From contig CM082595.2 in NCBI GenBank assembly GCA_040954595.2, forward strand, positions 1,263,690-1,327,689: 64,000 nt of DNA, written 5' to 3'. Below are positions 54,401 through 64,000 of the stretch, one piece after another; position 1 is the first letter of the stretch, and each line of letters starts with the position of its first letter. Source of the stretch: Balanoglossus misakiensis (Eukaryota; Animalia; Hemichordata). The position numbers were made by a program, and so were the translations under genes. The notes under the pieces were generated by a model. The model made no database searches and was not told the origin of the DNA. It saw only the letters and a program-made list of their open reading frames with translations.

Positions 54401-57400
54401 GAACTCCAGTAGCATGGTTGAATCTTAGTAATAGTCTATCATTCCTGAGACTCCAAGAGAACACTGTTACATGTATATGCATGATTATATAATTACACAA
54501 TTTTTCCTTTGCATTAATAAATAGTTGAGATTCACTGTTCCATCAGCCTGGTAACCATGGCAGCATATTGAGGGACAAACCAGCAATTTAGGGATAAAAA
54601 CTGTTTTTAATGTGTGTCTAAGCTGTACATTTCCATGACAATACCAATGCCAGGGTTGCGTTAAAAATCTACATCTGTTACTTCATCAAACATTCTATTG
54701 ACTCTTTCAACAATGCATGGTAAAAATAATATTTTTTGGTTTTCAATAAACAGCTTTACGTATGGGCACTTTATTTTCTGCTGTGAATGGTACAGACCAG
54801 ATGTTACACAGAGAATTACACCTACGCCGCGTTTGATAAATCCCTTCATCAATATTGCACTACATTATATGACCTCCAAAACCAGTTTTTGAACCATAGA
54901 CAGTATTATTTCAGTATTCACTTATTCACAGGATACTGAATTGCATTGTGGGTAAAACAGTTACACACAAAATGTCCAATTTACTGTTATTTATGAACAA
55001 AATACCAAAGCAAATTACCGGTAACTGACGTTTGATTGTTAAACGTCACTTTAAAGACAGGAAATGAAAGTAGACTTATTCTAAATTAACAATAATAGAG
55101 CAGGAAAGTTATAAAAAATTATCCAATTACAGTCGGTGTTTGCATGCACTAAATGTAATTTTCATCAGTTCTAGGGAAGGTTACTGCAATAGCTTCATAA
55201 GTATCAGAAATGACAAATAATGACCTCTGAACACTGCAATCAAATATGTTATAAATGAGGGTTTTTCATAAGCTTTCACCATCATTGTAGACAGATAAAC
55301 ACACATGACTGTAAAATGAACGATATGGTATTTGCTAAAGTCTTCTTGCAAACATACCTCATGGATCAATAAACACTCCCTACATGCTAATAAGTCATCA
55401 CTAAGCTCCCATATGGCATCACATGAATTCAAACATTCCAAACACCAACTAAATATCCTAATTCAAACACATTTCAGTTTGCACACTGCATACCAGACGG
55501 CAATGCCTTTCTCTATCTTGCTTACTTTTCACTGAATTCATGTTTACTCATAAAATGCTGAGCTTTCAAAGATCAGAATCTTGATACTCAAACACATCCA
55601 GTCATCCGAGCCATTTAGTTTCACAGGTTTGAACGTCATCAGTTTGAAGCAAATAGTGCATGACGATACTAAAAAATGTATAATAATCTCATGAGATGTT
55701 TACTGAGAAGGGAATTCAGTTTGCATATGAATTATTTATATAATGGCCTCTTATATTAAGTATAAACCTAGCGAAATGTTATTATTTGAACCTGTTTTAT
55801 TGCCATCTGAGATATGGAAGGATGTCACGTTAAATATAAAAAAAATGCCAAGTCTGGCTGTCAAAATATGACTGTCGTCAGGATTTGTGACACCTTTGGG
55901 ACGTATAACCTTCCACAATAAGATCTTGTCTGTGTTATTTACTTGCGCATATACAAGTGATCTGTCTGTAGGCACACAGGGGATAGTGATCAGAAACTCT
56001 GGAGAACACAACATGTAAAGCATACATGATGAGTAGAAAGTCAAAGAGCAAACAACATGTGAATGATAAGAGGTTTCCACTTCAAACACGACAAACTATT
56101 TCTACAGATTCACTGCAATATATGATTTTCCGTCTCGTGTAGTTCAGAAAATGGTCTGTACACTCATCAAACCCATTAACAGAAACATGTATTTCAACTC
56201 ATCAAATCCATCTACATGCATGCATGCATGTACAAATCGATGATAATGTACCATCTACAAACAATCAAGACAGGATATCTGTATACATGTACCAAGTATT
56301 ACACTAGATGTGGTGTTTAATTCTGTCCATCCAAACGAAAGTTGATTTTCAGAGTAAAACTGCAAATCAAATGTGACATCAGAGTTTTGTTCTATATCCA
56401 ACTTTGCACAACTATCTAGTTGATATTCAGAGAACAGAATTCCAAATGACAAATCCTGGGTTCCTAATTACAAGCAGACATGTCTGAGAAGAAAGGATTA
56501 CTAAAATCTAATTCTCCGGAGCACGCTGTTGCAGCTGAGCCCTGTAACTTGTAAAGGATACATGTGGATCTTGTCCAAATCACACTTATTTAATGAAAAG
56601 TGGCAACAACAGAGTGTAAGTAAACTAGAGATTTTCATTCACCTCACTTGTCTCTGTTTGCTATTGATGGAGTCAGTTGAATTTAATTTCTCCAAAGCCT
56701 AGAGATTCAAGTGGAGTATCTCTCAGAAACTGTTGATTAGGAAACAAATCCTGTAGTTATGACACTTCAAATATGAGGACGAGGTTCATTGCATTTATGG
56801 GGATCAGGCAAAAGTCAAATGGAAATGAAAGCTCAAAGATGATGTGTAACAGTAAATGCCATATCTTAAAAATAAATTCTTAAATAACTGAATAGTGAGG
56901 GTACCTGTATTTTTTTATTCAGAAAAATCAACAGTATTACATAGGATTGCTTCTCCTTGAAAAATATACATACATAAAACTGTCCTCTTTGACAAATATT
57001 TATATGTAGAATAAGTACATATTACCTCAACAAAAACACATTTTGACAGCGTTTTTTTGCAAGTTTTTACAATATTTGGACAGACGACTAATATTTTCTG
57101 CTACATTAACCTGATGGTAGAAACATATGATGTTGAGATGATGTCAGCAATCTAAATATTGATAGCATCTGTTCACTTTTGCTTTCATACTTGATTTGAA
57201 TTTGTTGTCTATTTCTTGTTCATTTCGACTTTTGACGAGTCGCTTGTAGTCAACATTTAACCAAGTAACTGTCCAGTACCCACAATGCCCGAAAATTGTT
57301 TAAAATATATACTTTTGCATCATTTCAGTTAAGGAAGAATAACAAAGAAGTAGTTCCTGTATTTATAGAAATCTTTGAAATAAAAGATGCACTTAAAGCA

Positions 57401-60400
57401 GATGTTTCCCATCAGGTTTTCAACGCATATATTTGACATATCCTGGATCTGTCAACTAAAAAATATCTGCAAGGATATGAAACTTCGTAACATATCCTCC
57501 CCAAACAGGTGAACACTTAATAAATATTCATAACTTTGCTTTCAATGTTCATTTTTATAATCCCTGCTTATGATGTAATATAATAATGAAATATTTGGCC
57601 AAGATTTGGGGTTAAAATATGCTGACACAATCCTGTCACACAACCTTACATCAGAATAAAAGAAAAGAAAAAATCTTAATTCAACTTTTGTTTTTAGAAA
57701 CATTGTGAAAAAATCACACTTTCATTAAAGTCTGGTGCCAACTTATAAGATTAAATTATTAAAGTTCCCAATCGGACTATAAATTATAGTCCGCCTCAGC
57801 TGTGACACATAACAGCAGCTTCCACATATATGATTTGATATCGCTGAACACAAAGAAATGTCTGGATTTCAAAACTCTTTTAAAATTACAGACTTAACTA
57901 GTAACATATGCTACATATCTCTAATGAACAAAACTTTGAAAGAAGCGACATTCCAGTCAACTTGAATTTTATGTGCAATTAAGATCTTCATTCCTCTGAG
58001 ATGAAAGTGTTACTTAGAAATTAAGCTATATGTATATATACGATAATTAAATATTTAAAATTAACATGTTTACTTCTAGTCAATTGTCAACAATATCAGC
58101 GTGTGTTTAATTAGTGTTTAATGTTTCAATGAAATACTGAAAAAAAGCTAAGTTTCATGAACAGAGACTTTCAGGAGACTGCAGAGTTAATGTAATGCGG
58201 ACATATCCATCTTAAAGATTACCTCATAATCTTGAGAAGCCACAAATGACTGAATCATCCGTGTTGTCCAGCTTTCATGGGATTAAAGTAAGCCAAACCT
58301 GGACATGATATTTCTGATTTCAGTCAGGCCAAATAACACTCTCTGTTGCTGATTCCCGGGTTTTGATAATGGGTTCATGGAGGGATCCATTTCTCTTTTA
58401 GAAGCAATATTACACCCATTAGGAACTGAAGCCAACAATATTCTAAATCCAAGTGGGATCAAATGCTTCCTTCAAACATTGTAGTTTGTATTTCTCATCA
58501 TTAGCATTTGACATTCATTCAGGTTTTTTTTATTCAGCAGGATATGTAATTATTTCTGCTAGGCAGGCTACTAAAATAGAAATGATTGATTATGATATGA
58601 ATGTGGATGTCAGTTTCACCAAAACTGGACCTGATTGATTTCAAAATGTTTTCATTTAAATTTTCTCTTAAAAAGCAGTTCAGGGCTAAGCTTGATTATT
58701 GTTTTATTACGAAACTGCAAATAGTTTCATAGGAATTCATAGGAATTTCTGATAAATGTAGACAAATTAGCATAAACAGGAATAGTTGGTAAAAATTGAG
58801 TACTATGAGATAATATGGCATTTGGATGTTTTATTCATTTCCCAAAAGATACAAAATGTTACCACAACTAAACAATAGATAAGCCATTGATCTTCTTTTC
58901 ACTGTATCTATTTAACACACCGGTTGATGGATAATCCTAAAATATAACTTCATATAAAAATAATTTCTATTATCCCATTATCAGAATATTTTGCTGTGAT
59001 GTGTTGTTACTACCAAAACATCAATAATTCAGTTCTTTTCAATGAAATCGGGGATTTTGATAAATTAAATTTTTAAAATTTGATGAATAAGCATACACTG
59101 GCATGTGTTATACATTTTCTGTGTCACAGCGAATTTGCATTTAGTGATAAATTTAGTACATTCGAACATAGGTCAGATGGCGTTTAAGTGACAGATCACT
59201 TTGTGTGTGGGATGTGTTCTATATCTCTTTAGGCAGCACTAAATGAAAATATGTTCCTTGCTTTTCCACAACTACATACTTTAACCCTTTCACCACCATG
59301 GTTTGGTCCAAATACATTGTTTTCTATGGAATACAATAACATATATTAAACTGACTGAGAGCTCAGACAATTAATTTTTTGGCCACGTTGGCCCGCTGGT
59401 TATTACCGCACAACTGAAAAAATAGCATTATGATTGATTTTAACAGGTACCATGATAATTTCTCGATATTTTGCACACAAACTAATGTGTCCTGAGACAT
59501 CTGGTTTATCTACTTTCCCACTGTGGTCGGATATTTTTGTACCATTTTATAACTCTTTAACACATTTAACACTTTATGGATTCCTATTCCAGCATTCCTG
59601 TTAAGGGTAATATTTGCATACTAAGGCCAGAGTCACATTTATATACTCAAGGGTATTAGAAGTAATAGAATCTAGAATAGTTGAATCAATATATAGAATA
59701 ACTATTAGACATTTTGCTCTCAATTGATTTTGATGTGAAAGAAATGTCTGTGTTAAATTTTCTAGCAATGCTCCAGTCTAAAAATTATAATTTTTGCTGG
59801 TACTTACTGACCAAGAATAGAACATACAAAGAACTGCCATGTGTGCTGTGAATTTCAACATGCGGACAGATGTATATTTCTTTTATTAATAACATGAACC
59901 ATTTAACCATCTGTGTTAAGAGTTTGACATGTGGAATGCTTGTGGTTTTTCAGACATAAAAATTCAAGTAAATTTCTATCATTTACACTGTCTGTGTGTG
60001 TGTATGTATGTATGTCTGACTGTCTGTATGTATGTATGTATAGATGTGCCCATTTGTCTATACATTGTGTGTATATAACCAAGCAGCTACAGTAATCCTA
60101 AAGTATTTCCCTCTTTTACCTTCCAGCTCTGAATCATTGTAACATACCAGAGTTACCCCCATATCTAGGGATTTCAGGCCCGAGAGGGTTAATCATAATT
60201 ATCAGTGATAATACACACATTTCACTGTTCAAATAAAATATTTGTGATCATAAGTAATATAGAAATATTGATGTCATTGCATATACTACCACAGCGAATT
60301 ATCACCGCCTCAGCGGAACATATTTAACCTGTTCACCCCTGTTTTCCTGTATAAAAGTCCACCCTTGAGTAAATTACCTTAAAGTAAAATTCAAAATGAC

Positions 60401-61347
60401 AATGTTTGGAGACGCATCTGCAATATTAATGATGAAATCAGAAACTACCCAAATGGTTTAGGTTTGCAGATTACATTTAACATGATACCGAAATGATCCA
60501 ACAAATTTCTTTTCTGGCATTCAGAATAGATAGAAATTACCTCAGCGTACCTCTCTCCATTAACACAAGATCATTAATTTTTTATAAGTAGGAAGAAACG
60601 CACATAAGATAACTAAAAACCTCAATAAAATTGCCCTGTTAAGAGTCATGTGGATATTTTACTTGAAACCTAGTCTTCCATCAGTGAATTTTTTTTTCTT
60701 CCCATTAATGACAAATATTAGACAGGGATGGTTTTGCCCTTTATTGTCATTCGCTAGAATTTGTGAATGTGTGTTCTGACAAAAGTCAATAACTGATAAT
60801 AGGAGGTATCTTTTGTAAATATTCAGGGCTTTTGTTACACTGTTGTTTAACACAGGAAATACTTCGGAAATGGACATAAAAACGACAGTATTGTACCTTG
60901 TTCATTTCAAAGGAATATAGTCTTACTGCTGTTCGCGGAAATAAAGTTTAGAAACTGCTGCTCCGTTTGAATTAAGGCCGACATATTAAAATTCCACTGC
61001 ATAGCTACTATATACTCACATAAAACAGTCTAACAGGTGAATTTCAGACAACTCGATTGTTTTTTGCATTAAAAAACAAGCGCGATCCGATTACTCTTGT
61101 TAATAAATAATGCAGTAGTTCAAGTTTGTACTAGTTCAAAAACACTCGACATCTGCAATTAAGAATTACTTCATTTATGAGGACGTGTACCTGTAGTTAA
61201 ATCGGAATATACTCTCAAAATTTCGAAGTATATCAACGTACCGTCAGCATCAACTGATCCTTGTTGATAAACGACGCAGTATCATCAGTGGATCCATACG
61301 TATCCATGGGAACCCCAAAGCCGTTCGTCTCGCCGCCTTGAGCCATA
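45408..61347 (-). CDS. ANO7: Anoctamin/TMEM16 family protein, anoctamin-7-like (about 20 coding exons; first 61347-61242, second ~52793-52697, last ~45477-45408)
   Basis: [141 protein letters not shown]. Family is certain, the ANO7 subtype is from recalled similarity, and the terminal exons are less certain. Confidence 0.9.
50358..50414. repeat. Fragment of the same piggyBac-like MITE family, in an anoctamin intron
   Basis: atgttttctatggtaaagttggacttctatagggggatctcggcatgaaagggttaa ends in GGG-TTAA. Confidence 0.55.
59281..59330. repeat. Left-end fragment of the same MITE family
   Basis: Begins TTAA-CCC and runs into the shared core tgttttctatgg. Confidence 0.5.
59988..60041. repeat. Compound microsatellite (TG/TGTA/TGTC)
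   Basis: tgtgtgtgtgtatgtatgtatgtctgactgtctgtatgtatgtatgta read directly. Confidence 0.8.
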
Positions 61348-63185
61348 TTTCCGATCGCAATAACAGAAAGTTACCCTTTTCAATTTTCCTGAAGACACTT
61401 CCTTCGTAACAATTCTTCAAACTGTCCGATTTCGTTAGAACGAGATAGCAGCTTCAGAAAAGGGTCATCTCTCGATCTGTTCACACTTTCACTAGTACTT
61501 TCGCTGATCGTCCTATACCCGCATAAGTTCGATCTCGTCGATCGGTACAGTACCAACCTCAAATTGTCAACTATCAATTCTGTGGCGCCTCGGATATGTT
61601 AGGACATATCTGTGGCGAGAAATTGACTCGGTTTTCTGCGATCGATGTATTGACCGCCACCTTATTCTTGTCACAGGACAGCGCTTATCCCAAATGTTTA
61701 TGACACTCCCCTTTTCAGACCCTCTAAGTTCGCCAACAAAAACTCATAGGCCACAAGTGTTTAAAATTCTATATTTAGATTAGTAATTACGCTGGTTGGA
61801 ATTGTCATATTTTATGTTGAAGTGAACAGGAATAACTACATTTACATGTATTTAATTACCTCCGATGGAAGAGTGTTTTTTTTCCTTTTCAGTTTAATAC
61901 TTTCAATGGGCCCCCTATCTTTTCAGTGGACAATAACCACCTGTATTGAATATAAACTTTTGAGTTTGCACACTGAAGTCACCCTTTGATATAAGTTCAA
62001 TTCTATAGTGTATGAGTACAACTGTACTTTGTATGGTATTTATAAAAGTGATAGCTACTATGAGCATCCAGAACTATTATTTTCCCTATAAAAGTCTCTG
62101 TGTGAGCCAACAATGATGCCAGAACTATAAGTGCAACTTCTTTTCACAACTGCCACTTTGATCCTCAGACTAGTACAATGAAGACTGAAGGAGGTCATTT
62201 ACCGAAGACCTAACCTTAATGCTCAGTCAACCTTAAAACTTTCAAAGAGAGACTTTAGTTTGATATATACACATCGCAGACATACATGACATTACATGAC
62301 AAAATAAAAACAAAACAAAACATTTTCTCATGAATTCTATTTTTATTCAAATTTTATCACAATGGAATAGGAAAATTAACAGTGGATTTCTTAAAACAAT
62401 AAACTACATCACATAACTACCTGCAACATACATAAAGTCAAAGGTCAACCATATCACTTCTACATATTAGTCTTAGCAATACATTTCAATGATATATATA
62501 GCTTACTGCAGGAGTTTCGGATGTTAAATGGAAGACATCATCTAATTCGTTGATGAGCAGTTATGAGACAGTCATTCACCAGATGTAACCAATCAGGCCT
62601 CCCATTACAGGAAGAGCCTTATGCAACCTCTATCTTTACACCACTTGATAACATCTGTGAACAAAAAAAAGAAATTTATAAAATATGATGAATATCACTT
62701 TTAATCAAACCATCCTTTAAAAAGTTAAATACTTTAAGCTCTGGACACAAAGTTGTAGTTTAGACATTGAACCATTCTCTCATTAGAGTAACAGTAACTT
62801 AATTAAAATCATTAATTTCATTAGCAATATTCAATGGCAATAATTCAATATAATCAGCAGTACGTGATCTAGTTATTGAAGTTAATTAGTTCATTAATCA
62901 TTGTACATTAAACTGACATTACCATCTAACAATCAGAAAACTGTCATGTTCTTAAGAAAATACACCCTCGTTTTGAAAAGGCTGTCTCAAACATAATATA
63001 ATCTAGGGACGTAAATGAGGAAATTGGTAATTAAGCAAGAAATGAAACCTCAACAAACAAACAACTTGGCAATTGAAAGTTAGGGCGCCACCTACAGGTG
63101 AATGTTGTAAGTCCCCAGATGTTTGTAGGAAAGGGAATTTAATATACAGATACAATTCAATACAAACCTTTTATTGTAAATGTTA

Positions 63186-63958
63186 TCATGTTAATGTATC
63201 TTCACTTCTGATGTATTGTCCAATATCTGCTTGATGAAAAACTACAATATTCATAGGATCTGTCCGTCTGCAATCTTGCGTTGATTTGGCTGCTACTCCA
63301 AATCCCTGTCGCGATCAACAAAGAAATGCAAAATCTCAGTATATTGGTGATGTCAGTTCTCATACCTTTTCAAAAATAATGCAGTAGGGGTATTTTAGCT
63401 TTTTGTACATGGAATACACAATAATACATAAATATTGACGTGTATTATACACTTACCAGTGGAGTATCATTCATAGAATACACAACAACTCCTTGATACT
63501 GTGGTGTGTTTTCTGTTATTCTGCCAAGCCCTGATTTGGAGACATGGTTGCCATAGAGAAATGACTGTTCTGTACCAGGTTTTACCCACACTTTGTACTG
63601 AAACAGAAGAGATTGAAAATATGGAAATGTAACACGAAAAATACATCTCTTTTTGGTTTTCAGGTACCTACTTAGAGTGACACCATTTGATGAAGTTTCC
63701 TGGCAATTTTACCTGTTTGATGGACACTGCATATGCCTATGTTTGGTCAAAAACTGAGGTATGTCTATTATGCCTATATATGGTCAAAAGGGGTGTGTCT
63801 AAGTGAGTGATTGACTTACCTTTGAATATGGTGCCAGGAAATCTAAAGCTGTGATGTGAAGACGAAATTTCTGTGTTTTTGTAAATTTTCCAAAACATGT
63901 TCCAAAGCTGATAAGATGATTTCTTCCAATATTTGCTGCTCTCTTCATCAACGCTTCA
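63186..63958 (-). CDS. NIP7: 60S ribosome subunit biogenesis protein NIP7, last three coding exons (63958-63820, 63597-63457, 63305-63186); 5' end lies outside the window
   Basis: [28 protein letters not shown] / [47 protein letters not shown] / [39 protein letters not shown]. Confidence 0.95.
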
Positions 63959-64000
63959 CTGAAGTGGAAAAAAGACAGCCATGAAATTCACACTCAAATA

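Noticed and set aside
57773-57793. Palindrome cggactataa-a-ttatagtccg
   Set aside because: Single intronic occurrence, probably a repeat remnant, no further support.
1-64000. CRISPR arrays, rRNA/tRNA genes, transposase or reverse transcriptase ORFs, bacterial CBASS-like operon
   Set aside because: None seen. The DNA is eukaryotic and the cGLR gene has a spliceosomal intron. tRNA/ncRNA absence is by eye only and needs tRNAscan or Infernal.

Overview
Intron-rich, AT-rich animal genomic DNA, not prokaryotic. An invertebrate deuterostome-like source is my inference from gene style only. I reconstructed nine protein-coding genes by hand from GT-AG splice sites and frame continuity: (1) a membrane-anchored copine/RGLG-type vWA protein (-), head-to-head with (2) a Mab-21/cGAS-like (cGLR) nucleotidyltransferase-fold gene (+); (3) an LRAT/PLAAT-domain gene with five extra C-terminal exons; (4) SZRD1; (5) single-exon FoxL2 (-); (6,7) two tandem paralogous class A GPCRs; (8) an anoctamin-7-like gene (-, about 16 kb); (9) the 3' part of NIP7 (-). 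TTAA-type MITEs and hairpins also occur. Most notable: the cGLR and LRAT proteins both have substituted catalytic residues; the vWA protein has TM + PPxY instead of C2 or RING domains; both GPCRs lack the TM6 CWxP motif; and two unexplained paralogous cassettes (about 18 kb and 41 kb) each carry CCAAT, ATG, 37 codons and a phase-1 donor. All calls are by eye with no database searches, so exon edges need RNA-seq confirmation.
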